DNA from: an uncultured Verrucomicrobiaceae bacterium
GTDB taxonomy: Bacteria; Pseudomonadota; Gammaproteobacteria; Pseudomonadales; CAMLJR01
Length of the DNA stretch: 64,000 nucleotides
Reading direction: 5' to 3'
NCBI GenBank assembly: GCA_964515735.1
Contig: CAZEVP010000007.1
Span: 8,821-72,820 of the forward strand
Below the pieces are notes generated by a model that was given only the letters and a program-made list of their open reading frames with translations, was not told the DNA's origin and ran no database searches. The position numbers and the translations under genes were made by a program. Below, piece by piece: positions 38,763-47,245 of this stretch; position 1 is the stretch's first letter, and the number at the start of each line of letters is the position of its first letter.

Positions 38763-39323
38763 ATGCCGTCACTTCACCCACTGAACCAGGCTGTCGTCGC
38801 CGAGGTGCTGTACAACTTTCACAACGGCCAATTGCGCCACTGCCGCTCGATGGGGTTCGGCACGCGCGAGCTGGGCGCCATGCGACAGCCGGAGGTCACC
38901 GCGCTGCTGGCCCACACACAGGTACCCTGGTGTTCCGTGTCGGTGAACAGAAATGCGTTCTGGCGTCTGGTCAACCGGGTACGCGATGCCAATCGGGAGG
39001 CCATCCGGGTCGAGCGCATGTTGCGTCTGGGGGCCAGCACCGACATGGTCGGCCAGTTCCACGGCCTGTCGCATCAGGAAGTCGCTCTGCGCCGCGACAT
39101 CATCGGGCTTCCCAAACGCAAGGGCCGCTACCCGGTCCTCAGTGAGGAACAGGAGACCACGCTGTGGAAACAGTGGCGGCTCGCCGTCGAAAAACGCGAC
39201 ATCGCACTGATCGATGACGACGCGATGCTGACGCTGGCGATGGATCTGGCCGAAACCCTGTCCCTGCCTCTGTCCGTGATCTGGGCGGCGATACACCACT
39301 GGATCGGCGAGGGACTGGTGTAG
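38763..39323 (+). CDS. DUF2857-like protein (family typical of PAPI-1/ICEclc-type integrative elements)
   Basis: 186 aa. HPLNQAVVAEVL...GQLRHCRSMGF...LRLGAS..M....GLSHQEVALRRDIIGLPKRKGRYP...LW matches my recollection of DUF2857 / STY4526-family island proteins. Not verified by search. Confidence 0.55.
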   Translation: MPSLHPLNQAVVAEVLYNFHNGQLRHCRSMGFGTRELGAMRQPEVTALLAHTQVPWCSVSVNRNAFWRLVNRVRDANREAIRVERMLRLGASTDMVGQFHGLSHQEVALRRDIIGLPKRKGRYPVLSEEQETTLWKQWRLAVEKRDIALIDDDAMLTLAMDLAETLSLPLSVIWAAIHHWIGEGLV

Positions 39324-39361
39324 ACCGTTCGACTATCCGTCTGGGGGGAGTGGAACGGGCA

Positions 39362-39445
39362 TAAAAAATGGCCGGGAATCATTTTCAGCGTCGCGTCAGC
39401 GACGACCCGAAGGGTGGCCGCCATGGATGGCAAGCCATAAAAAAA
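39362..39445 (+). repeat. Copy B of the ~83-nt multi-hairpin repeat
   Basis: Same orientation as copy A (29118..29199). The first hairpin shows a compensatory C-G to G-C change (AATCGC..GCGATT versus AATGGC..ATCATT). Confidence 0.7.
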
Positions 39446-39466
39446 CCCGCATCTCTGCGGGTTTTT
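39439..39466. terminator. Bidirectional intrinsic terminator
   Basis: AAAAAAA-CCCGCA-TCTC-TGCGGG-TTTTT, between the DUF2857-like gene (plus) and tRNA-Ala (minus). Confidence 0.8.
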
Positions 39467-39498
39467 CGACCTTCCTGAGAACTGCCCGGAAGGGTATT

Positions 39499-39574
<76 letters not shown>

Positions 39575-39661
39575 AAACTCTTGCACCGCGCCGGTCGCCA
39601 TCTGTGACCGCAGGTGTCGGGAGGCGCGCATCATATTTTCCGCCTCCCGCCTTGTCAACAC

Positions 39662-41164
39662 TCAATCGCCCGCTGCCGCCCGCGCCAGTTCGGCGTAGCT
39701 TTTTTCCAGCGCCTTCAGCCGTTTCTTGCCGACACCGCCGAGCAGCTCGATGGCGTGGCGCAGCCGCGCGCGGCTCAGGTCGGCGCCGAGCATCGCCATC
39801 GAATCGACCACCGATACCGATGCCGTGGTGCCGGCGATGGCGACGAACAGCGGCCCGAAGAAATCCTTGATCTTCAGGTTCAGCTGCGAAGCCAGCAATT
39901 TCATTTCGGCGAAGAGATTGTCGCGCTGCCAATCCTGCAACGCCTCCAGCCGCCACAGCGCGAACTGCAGCAGCTCGACCAGCCTGTCGTCGTCGAAGCC
40001 GGTGGTGCGAAGATCGTCGGCCTTCAGCACCGGCAACATGCCGGAGAACAGGAACGCCGCCAGCGGCGCCAGGTCGCTCATCGTCTCGATGCGCGAACGC
40101 GCGTGCGGCAGTAGCTGCAGCAGCCGCTCGCGGTTGTAGGCCCAGTCGTGCAGGCGGTCGGCGAGCTGCTCCAGCGACAGATCCTCGCGAATCCACAGCC
40201 CGTTCAGCCAGCGCAGTTTCTCGACGTCGAAGATCGGGCCGCCGAGGCTGACGCGGGTGATGTCGAAGGCATCCAGCATCTGCGCCAGCGCGAATTTCTC
40301 GCGCTCGTCCGGCATCGACCAGCCCATGCGGCCGAGGTAGTTCAGCAGCGCCTCGGGCAGGAAGCCCATCGCCTTGTAGTAGAGGATGCTGGTCGGGTTC
40401 TTGCGCTTGCTGAGCTTGCTCTTGTCGGGGTTGCGCAGCAGCGGCAAGTGGCACAGCACCGGCGCCATCCAGCCGAAATACTGGTAGAGCAGCAGGTGCT
40501 TCGGCGCCGAGCTGATCCACTCCTCGCCGCGGATGACGTGGGTGATCTGCATCAGGTGGTCATCGACGACGTTGGCGAGGTGGTAGGTCGGCATGCCGTC
40601 GGCCTTCAGCAGCACCTGCATGTCGACCTGCGCCCAGTCGATCTCGATGCGGCCGCGCAGCAGGTCGTCGATGATGCAGATGCCCTCGCGCGGCACCTTC
40701 ATCCGCACCACGTAGGGGTGGCACGAGTTGAGCTTTTCGGCGATCTCGTCCTGCGTCAGTTGCAGGCAGTGGCCGTCGTAGCCGAGCGGCTGCTGGTTGG
40801 CCATCTGTTCGGCGCGCAGCGCGTCGAGCCGCTCGCTGGTGCAGAAACAGCGGAAGGCGTGGCCGCTCTCCAGCAGCTTGTCGGCGTGCTCGCGGTAGAT
40901 GTCGCCGCGCTCGCTCTGCCGGTACGGACCGTGCGGGCCGCCAACGTCGGGGCCTTCGTCCCAGCTCAGCCCGAGCCAGCGCAGCGAGTCGAGAATCGCC
41001 TGCTCCGACTGCGGCGTCGAACGCACGCGGTCGGTGTCCTCGATGCGCAGGATGAACTGGCCGCCCTGACTTTTGGCGAAACAGAGGTTGAACAGGGCGA
41101 TGTAGGCGGTGCCGACGTGGGGGTCGCCGGTGGGCGATGGCGCGATGCGGGTGCGAATGGTCAT
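39662..41164 (-). CDS. gltX: Glutamate--tRNA ligase
   Basis: 500 aa. [21 protein letters not shown] (HIGH region), ILRIEDTD and KLSKRK (KMSKS). Confidence 0.95.
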   Translation of the reverse strand: MTIRTRIAPSPTGDPHVGTAYIALFNLCFAKSQGGQFILRIEDTDRVRSTPQSEQAILDSLRWLGLSWDEGPDVGGPHGPYRQSERGDIYREHADKLLESGHAFRCFCTSERLDALRAEQMANQQPLGYDGHCLQLTQDEIAEKLNSCHPYVVRMKVPREGICIIDDLLRGRIEIDWAQVDMQVLLKADGMPTYHLANVVDDHLMQITHVIRGEEWISSAPKHLLLYQYFGWMAPVLCHLPLLRNPDKSKLSKRKNPTSILYYKAMGFLPEALLNYLGRMGWSMPDEREKFALAQMLDAFDITRVSLGGPIFDVEKLRWLNGLWIREDLSLEQLADRLHDWAYNRERLLQLLPHARSRIETMSDLAPLAAFLFSGMLPVLKADDLRTTGFDDDRLVELLQFALWRLEALQDWQRDNLFAEMKLLASQLNLKIKDFFGPLFVAIAGTTASVSVVDSMAMLGADLSRARLRHAIELLGGVGKKRLKALEKSYAELARAAAGD

Positions 41165-41189
41165 GAAGCGTCCGAGAAGGAAGGTGGCC

Positions 41190-41212
41190 TATAATCCGGA
41201 CCCGCGATTATA
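41190..41212. promoter_or_regulatory. Two perfect TATAAT hexamers on opposite strands in the gltX/dusA divergent region
   Basis: TATAAT at 41190-41195 on the plus strand, toward dusA. ATTATA at 41207-41212 reads TATAAT on the minus strand, toward gltX. No convincing -35 elements. Confidence 0.35.
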
Positions 41213-41263
41213 CGGCCCCGCCGCACCGCGCCCACCCTGCCCCGATGACGAAATTCGCAGCCA

Positions 41264-42250
41264 ATGCCTGAGCTCTCCCACCGTTTCTGCGTCGCCCCGA
41301 TGATGGAGTGGTCGGATCGTCACTGCCGCTATTTCTGGCGGCTGCTGAGCGAACAGGCGCTGCTGTACACCGAGATGGTCACCACCGGCGCCGTGCTGCA
41401 CGGCGACCGCGCGCGCTTTCTCGATTTCGATGCCTGCGAACACCCGCTAGCGCTGCAGCTCGGCGGTTCCGACCCGACAGCACTCGCCGCCTGCGCGAAG
41501 CTGGCCGAACAGTGGGGCTACGACGAGGTGAACCTGAACTGCGGCTGCCCGAGCGACCGCGTGCAGAACAACCTGATCGGCGCCTGCCTGATGGCGCACG
41601 CACCGCTGGTGGCCGACTGCATCAAGGCGATGCAGGACGCCTGCTCGATTCCGGTGACGATCAAGCACCGCATCGGCATCGACGAACTCGACAGTTACGA
41701 GGCGATGGCCGCTTTCGTCGAAACCGTCGCCGCCACCGGCTGCACGACGTTCATCGTGCATGCGCGCAAGGCGTGGCTCAGCGGTCTGAGCCCGAAAGAG
41801 AATCGCGAGATTCCGCCGCTGCGCTACGACGAGGTCTATCGCCTGAAACGCGATTTCCCGCAGCTGACCGTCGTCATCAACGGCGGCATCACCGATCTCG
41901 ACAGCTGCGAACCCCATCTGCGGCAATTGGACGGCGTCATGCTCGGCCGCAGCGCCTACCACAACCCGTGGCTGCTGGCCGAGGTCGACCAGCGGCTGTT
42001 CAATGCCGAGAGCAGTGAACTGACACGCGACGAGATCGTCGAACAGCTGATCCCGTACATCGAGCGCCACATCGCAGCCGGCGGCACGCTGCACCATGTC
42101 ACCCGCCACATCCTCGGCCTCTACCACGACCAGCCCGGCTCGCGCGCTTTCCGCCGCCATCTCAGCACCGCCGGTGTGCGTCGCGGTGCCGGTGTCGAAA
42201 CGCTGCGCGAAGCCGTGGCCATGATGCGCCCCCACAGGGAGAGCGCCTGA
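41264..42250 (+). CDS. dusA: tRNA dihydrouridine(20/20a) synthase
   Basis: 328 aa. [36 protein letters not shown] and INGGI. Confidence 0.9.
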   Translation: MPELSHRFCVAPMMEWSDRHCRYFWRLLSEQALLYTEMVTTGAVLHGDRARFLDFDACEHPLALQLGGSDPTALAACAKLAEQWGYDEVNLNCGCPSDRVQNNLIGACLMAHAPLVADCIKAMQDACSIPVTIKHRIGIDELDSYEAMAAFVETVAATGCTTFIVHARKAWLSGLSPKENREIPPLRYDEVYRLKRDFPQLTVVINGGITDLDSCEPHLRQLDGVMLGRSAYHNPWLLAEVDQRLFNAESSELTRDEIVEQLIPYIERHIAAGGTLHHVTRHILGLYHDQPGSRAFRRHLSTAGVRRGAGVETLREAVAMMRPHRESA

Positions 42251-42323
42251 TTTCCTTTTGCAACGGTGGCCTGCTACAACTGCGGGCCTCTCACTCAATC
42301 CGCGAACGCGACGCAAGATCACC

Positions 42324-43280
42324 ATGCCGAACAAACTGGAACAGCTGAAACAGTTCACCGCCGTCGTCGCCGATACCGGCGACATCGATGCCATCAGACG
42401 CTTTCAGCCGCTGGATGCGACCACCAACCCTTCGCTGCTGCTGAAGGCGGCCGCCCTGCCCGCCTACCAGCCGCTGCTGACGCAGGCGCGCGCCTTCGCC
42501 GCCGGCCAGCCCGGCAGCGCCGCCGAGCAGCTGGCCGCCTGCACCGACTGGCTCGCCGTGGCGATCGGCGGCGAGATCCTGAAGATCATTCCGGGCCGCG
42601 TCTCGACCGAGGTCGATGCCCGCCTGTCGTTCGACAGCCGCGCGATGCTGGAAAAGGCGCGCCGGCTGATCGACCTGTACGAGGCGGCCGGCATCGGCCG
42701 CGAGCGCGTGCTGATCAAGATCGCCAGCACCTGGGAGGGCATCCGCGCCGCCGAGGTGCTGGAAAAGGAAGGCATCAACTGCAACCTGACGCTGCTGTTC
42801 GGCTTCGCCCAGGCTGCCGCCTGCGCCGATGCCGGCGTCACGCTGATCTCGCCGTTCGTCGGCCGCATCCTCGACTGGTATCTGGCCAGCACCGGCCGCG
42901 CCAGCTACGCGCCGGAGGAGGATCCCGGCGTGCTGTCGGTGACGCGCATCTACAACTACTACAAGCAGCACGGCTACCCGACCATCGTCATGGGCGCCAG
43001 TTTCCGCAACACCGGCGAGGTCGAGCAGCTGGCCGGCTGCGACCGGCTGACGATCAGCCCGCAGCTGCTGGAGCAGCTGGCCGCCGATGATGGTGAACTG
43101 GTGCGCCGGCTCGACCCGGCCAATACCGGCGCGCCGATCGCCGCGCAGCACGACGGCGAGGCCAGCTTCCGCTACGCGATGAACAGCGATGCGATGGCGA
43201 CCGAGAAGCTGGCCGACGGCATCCGCAAATTCGCCGACGACCAGATCGCGCTGGAGAAACTGCTGGCGGAGCGCGGCTGA
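42324..43280 (+). CDS. tal: Transaldolase
   Basis: Inside ORF 42258..43280, start [12 protein letters not shown] (ATG 42324). [45 protein letters not shown] and [13 protein letters not shown]. Confidence 0.95.
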   Translation: MPNKLEQLKQFTAVVADTGDIDAIRRFQPLDATTNPSLLLKAAALPAYQPLLTQARAFAAGQPGSAAEQLAACTDWLAVAIGGEILKIIPGRVSTEVDARLSFDSRAMLEKARRLIDLYEAAGIGRERVLIKIASTWEGIRAAEVLEKEGINCNLTLLFGFAQAAACADAGVTLISPFVGRILDWYLASTGRASYAPEEDPGVLSVTRIYNYYKQHGYPTIVMGASFRNTGEVEQLAGCDRLTISPQLLEQLAADDGELVRRLDPANTGAPIAAQHDGEASFRYAMNSDAMATEKLADGIRKFADDQIALEKLLAERG

Positions 43281-43717
43281 TGCTGGCGAAGCTGAAGGCG
43301 CTGTTCCAGCCGCAGCAGGATGCGGCCCCGCACTCCGAGCGCCAGCTGCAGCTGGCCGCCGCCGCGCTGCTGATCGAACTGGCGCGCGCCGACTACCGCG
43401 ACGACGAGCGCGAGCAGCAGGTAATCGCGGACGCCGTGCGCGCCACCTTCGATCTCGATGCGGAGACGGTGGCGGAGCTGGTCGAGGAGGCGCGCCGTCA
43501 CGCCGACGACGCAACGTCAACCCACCAGTTCACGTCGCAGATCAACCGGTATTTCAGCGAGGACGAGAAAGTCGAGCTGGTACGGCAGCTATGGCGCGTC
43601 GCCTTCGCCGATGGCGCCATCGACAGGTACGAGGATCACCTGATCCGCAAGGTCGCCGAACTGCTCTACGTCAGCCACTCGCAGTTCATTCGCACCAAAC
43701 TGGATGTGGTCGGCTGA
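43280..43717 (+). CDS. TerB-like (tellurite-resistance TerB family) protein
   Basis: 145 aa. AAAALLIELARADYRDDEREQQVI...LWRVAFADGAIDRYEDHLIRKVAELL is the typical TerB-fold repeat. Confidence 0.7.
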   Translation: MLAKLKALFQPQQDAAPHSERQLQLAAAALLIELARADYRDDEREQQVIADAVRATFDLDAETVAELVEEARRHADDATSTHQFTSQINRYFSEDEKVELVRQLWRVAFADGAIDRYEDHLIRKVAELLYVSHSQFIRTKLDVVG

Positions 43718-43724
43718 CCCAAAT

Positions 43725-43871
43725 GTCATTCTGCGCGGAGCAAAGCGCAGTCGCAGACAAGCGAAGCGCAGAGCAGCCGAAGGCTGACCCGAAGGGCGAG
43801 CAACGCAGTTGCGAGTCATCCATGTGGCTGGGCGCGACGACCATGGATTCTGCGACTACGCGCAGAATGAC
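43725..43871. repeat. 147-bp element bounded by 13-bp perfect terminal inverted repeats (MITE/REP-like or long structured RNA)
   Basis: GTCATTCTGCGCG (43725-43737) pairs with CGCGCAGAATGAC (43859-43871). A second inverted pair is GTCGCAGA / TCTGCGAC. It shares GACCCGAAGGG and CCATGGAT with the 83-nt repeats. No coding signal. Confidence 0.55.
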
Positions 43872-43903
43872 GGACGCTGAGTCCGGAAGGTTTTAAGGCC
43901 CTG

Positions 43904-44389
43904 CTAGCGCGAGGACTCCAGCGCGCAGACCAGCTCCTGGAACTGCGCGCGGTTGTGCTCGTTCATCCCCATCAGCACACGGTGAGCGTTGATCACGCGC
44001 TCGCGCACGCCGCTCTCGCTCTCCTGCACCGCCGACAGCTCGCCGAGCTGCTGCTCGCTGTCGAGCGGCGCGTGACGAATGTCGAACACCTGGCCGAAGC
44101 CCATGCTGTCGAGCACGCGCGAGATGTTGGGATTGGTGGAGACGACGACCGGCACCCGCTGAAAACGCTGGCGCGACAGGATCGCGACCTTCGCCAGCTG
44201 CCCCAGCGTGGTGCTGTCGATGTTGTCGGCCTCGGTCAGATCGATGACCACGCCGGCGAAATCGGGCGCACAGAACATGCGCTCGAGGAAAGTATCCAGC
44301 GCCGTGCAGAAGGTCAGGCGCACATCGCCGACCAGCTTCAGGGCGAACGCCCCGTCGCAATCGGCGACCAGAATTTTACCGGGCTGCAT
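43904..44389 (-). CDS. STAS-domain protein (anti-sigma-factor-antagonist type)
   Basis: Inside ORF 43904..44800, start MQPGKILV (ATG 44389, TAATG overlap with the upstream gene). VVIDLTEADNIDSTTLGQL contains the phosphorylatable Ser/Thr context. 161 aa. Confidence 0.8.
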   Translation of the reverse strand: MQPGKILVADCDGAFALKLVGDVRLTFCTALDTFLERMFCAPDFAGVVIDLTEADNIDSTTLGQLAKVAILSRQRFQRVPVVVSTNPNISRVLDSMGFGQVFDIRHAPLDSEQQLGELSAVQESESGVRERVINAHRVLMGMNEHNRAQFQELVCALESSR

Positions 44390-45606
44390 TACCCCGTACC
44401 TTTCAGACTCTCCGAACCATGACTGCCGGCGGCGCGGCGAACCATCAGGATCGCAACGTCGTCGGGCAGTCCCTCCGCGCCCTCCAGACCGAGCGCAGCA
44501 ACCGCCGCGTCGACACTGTCGGCCTGCGGCGCCAGACGCTGCAGCAGGCTCGCCTCCCTGGCGATGAGACCCTCCCCGGGCACCATCTCCAGCACCCCGT
44601 CGGAGAACAGGGCGAGGGTGAAATGGGGCGGCAATTGTAGCCACTCTTCCCCGTATTGGGCATCCGCGAAAAGACCTACCGGCGGACCCGAGCCCTCCAG
44701 GAAGCGGCACGCCCCGTCGCTGCACAGCACCGGCGTCGGCAGGTGGCCGGCAACGCTGTAGCGCAGCGTGTTCTCGGCCAGATCGAGCACGCAGACGCAC
44801 AGCGTCGCGTACTTGCCGATGCCGGTGTCGAGCAGCTCGCGGTTGGCGCGCTCCAGCATCGCCGGCGGCGACAGCACGGCGCGGTCGCGGCGGTGGGTGA
44901 AGTCGCTGCGCTTGCGCGCGAACAGGTTCTTCAGCAGCACGGTGACGAAGGCCGACGAGGCGCCGTGGCCGGAGACGTCGGCGATGAAGAAAACGACGTG
45001 GCGATCGCCGACCGTGTAGTAGTCGACCAGATCGCCGGAGAGCACCAGCGACGGCAGGATGCGGTGGCTGAATTCGTAGGGGCCGATGTGGAACGGCGTC
45101 GCCGGCAGCATCTTCAGCTGCACGTGGCGGCCGGCCTGCTGGTCCTGCTGCAGCAGCGTCAGGCTCTGCTGCAATTCGCGGTTGGCCTCTTCCAGCTGCT
45201 GCCGGTAGCGGCGGTTCTCGCGCTGCAGCCGCCCCTGCTGCAGGCAGCGTTCGATCGAGTGCTCCAGCACCGCCATGTCGCCGATCGGCTTGATCAGATA
45301 GTCGGAAGCGCCGTAGCGCAGCGCCTGCACGACGTCGCTCATGACGCCGGCGCCGGAGATGACGATGACGGGAACGTCCGCCGGATGGTCGTCGATCGCC
45401 CTCAGCACCTCGAGACCGTCCATCCGCGGCAATTTGATGTCGAGCAACACGAGATCGGGCGGGCAGGCCTCGAACCGGGCCAGCCCCTCGCGGCCATCGG
45501 CGGCACCGGTCGCCGCGTAGCCGGCCTGCTCCAGATAGGCGATCAGACTGTCGCGCACTGCGGCGTCGTCATCGATCACCAACAGTCGCGCCACCTCAGC
45601 GGTCAT
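44389..45606 (-). CDS. Response-regulator receiver fused to a PP2C (SpoIIE/RsbU-type) phosphatase
   Basis: ORF 44389..45624, start probably ATG 45606. REC domain (LLVIDDD, DLVLLDIKLP, SDYLIKP), a coiled linker, then PP2C motifs (SGDLVDYY, FFIADVSGHGASSA, LFSDGV, DDVAILMV). Confidence 0.85.
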   Translation of the reverse strand: MTAEVARLLVIDDDAAVRDSLIAYLEQAGYAATGAADGREGLARFEACPPDLVLLDIKLPRMDGLEVLRAIDDHPADVPVIVISGAGVMSDVVQALRYGASDYLIKPIGDMAVLEHSIERCLQQGRLQRENRRYRQQLEEANRELQQSLTLLQQDQQAGRHVQLKMLPATPFHIGPYEFSHRILPSLVLSGDLVDYYTVGDRHVVFFIADVSGHGASSAFVTVLLKNLFARKRSDFTHRRDRAVLSPPAMLERANRELLDTGIGKYATLCVCVLDLAENTLRYSVAGHLPTPVLCSDGACRFLEGSGPPVGLFADAQYGEEWLQLPPHFTLALFSDGVLEMVPGEGLIAREASLLQRLAPQADSVDAAVAALGLEGAEGLPDDVAILMVRRAAGSHGSESLKGTG

Positions 45607-45954
45607 CGCGATCAGCTCCACCACCCATCGCGGCGCGACTTCCGCCGTTCAACGCTGTACACACGTGATGCGACCCCGATGCGCCCTGCACCCAGTTGGC
45701 CCGTTGTGCGGCACCGCTCTGCAAAGCTGCTGCCGGCGCTGTTTCGCCCCTGTGACAAGACCTTGCAAGGTCTGGGGCGACAGCTGAAGGCGGCCACACT
45801 AAACCGATCACCGGTTGCGATCAACCCTGGACCGGCTCGCCGCGCATGCGGTGCAAATGTTGGCGTCACACCGTCCGCGGCGGCTATTCTTGCCGGCGTT
45901 CAGCGCGAAATAATCAGCCGCCGCACCGGACGGCACCACCACAGGGAGATCGAG

Positions 45955-46254
45955 ATGGTTCTAGAGCCCCGCGCCTACAGCGAGAAACGCAACTTCATCC
46001 GCATGAAGATCGACACGCCGGTACAGCTGCGCTGCAACGGCGAGACGCAGACCGCGCAGTGTCGCGATCTCAGCGGCTCAGGCCTGCTGCTGACCTGCAC
46101 CCGGTCGCTGCCGCTCGATGCCGAAGTCGAGGTGCACATCGCCCAGGAGGGCGAGAACCGCCAGCCGTTCAACGCCAGCGCCCGTGTGGTCCGCGTCGAT
46201 GCCGCCGACGGCGCTTTCATCGTCGGTCTGGCGCTGATCGACATTCATGACTGA
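45955..46254 (+). CDS. PilZ-domain protein (c-di-GMP receptor type)
   Basis: Tail of ORF 44656..46254. ATG 45955 with AGGGAG upstream. RNFIR (RxxxR) and DLSGSG (DxSxxG) motifs. 99 aa. Confidence 0.8.
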   Translation: MVLEPRAYSEKRNFIRMKIDTPVQLRCNGETQTAQCRDLSGSGLLLTCTRSLPLDAEVEVHIAQEGENRQPFNASARVVRVDAADGAFIVGLALIDIHD

Positions 46255-46283
46255 CACCCGCCCGCACCACTGACTCCCACCCG

Positions 46284-46302
46284 CCGGACCCTTGCGGTCC
46301 GG
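46284..46302. terminator. Stem-loop between convergent PilZ and mlaA genes
   Basis: CCGGACC-CTTGC-GGTCCGG. No U-tract. Confidence 0.3.
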
Positions 46303-46318
46303 CGCGCATCCCCGCCTG

Positions 46319-47098
46319 TCACTCCTCGTCCCAGGCATCGAAATCGTCGCTGCCGAAGTCATCCTCGACCACGCCGTCGTTGACCAGGAACTGGCGCCGC
46401 TGCAGGTAGGCGTCGCGCAGGAAGGTGTAGCGATCGCCACTCATCAGTTCATCGGCCGCCAGCAGCTGGGCGCGGGTGTCGACCACGCGCAGCCCGAGCA
46501 GCTGGTTGCGGGTGCGGATGTGGTCGACCATCAGGACCGGGTCGGCGAAGCTCTCGACCCCGCCGGTGCCGGCGTCGCGCAGCGTGCGCGGCCCCAGCAG
46601 CGGTACCACCAGATAAGGGCCAGGGCCGACGCCCCAGCGGCCGAGCGTCTGCCCCAGGTCCTCGTCGCTGCGCTCCAGCCCCCAGTGCTGCGCGACGTCG
46701 AACAGGCCGGCAATGCCGATGGTGGTGTTGATCAGCAGCCGCCCGCCATCGCTGGCACCAGCGCTCCACTTGCCCTGCAGCAGGTTGTTGACCAGGTTGA
46801 ACGGCTCGCGCAGGTTGCCGAAGAAGTTGCTGACGCTGCGCTCGACCGGGTCCGGGGTGATCTTCTGATAGCCCTTCGCCACCGGCCGCAGCAGCCAGCG
46901 GTCCAGAAAATCGTTGAACTCGTAGACCGGCCGGTTGAAGGACTCCCACGGATCGACGTTGTGCTCCGCCACCTCCGCCTCGCTGGCGACGCCATCATCG
47001 GCGACCGGTCTGGCGGCGCAGGCCGACAGCGTCAGCAGACTCAGCACCACACCGAGCGGAGCGGCCGCAAACCGCCGCATCACCGAAAAGATCAACAT
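46319..47098 (-). CDS. mlaA: MlaA/VacJ-family outer-membrane lipoprotein
   Basis: ORF 46319..47143, start MLIFSVMRRF (47098). Lipobox LLTLSAC, DPWESFNRPVYEFN, INTTIGIAGLFDVA and GPYLVVPLLGP. Confidence 0.85.
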   Translation of the reverse strand: MLIFSVMRRFAAAPLGVVLSLLTLSACAARPVADDGVASEAEVAEHNVDPWESFNRPVYEFNDFLDRWLLRPVAKGYQKITPDPVERSVSNFFGNLREPFNLVNNLLQGKWSAGASDGGRLLINTTIGIAGLFDVAQHWGLERSDEDLGQTLGRWGVGPGPYLVVPLLGPRTLRDAGTGGVESFADPVLMVDHIRTRNQLLGLRVVDTRAQLLAADELMSGDRYTFLRDAYLQRRQFLVNDGVVEDDFGSDDFDAWDEE

Positions 47099-47245
47099 GC
47101 GCCCTCCTGATCGATCGTCGACAGCGGCGCAACGACGCCGCATGAGTCATTTACATGAGCCATTGAAAAGCCGGGAAAAATGGTTCGTCACCACAATGGT
47201 CGGGCACTATAACGCCCGGCCGATAGCGCAACAAACGGCGCTCGT

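Noticed and set aside
41264-41330. The dusA 5' end as an integration hotspot for dusA-specific integrases
   Set aside because: No integrase or foreign DNA flanks dusA. The gltX-dusA spacer is only 99 bp and the dusA N-terminus is intact.
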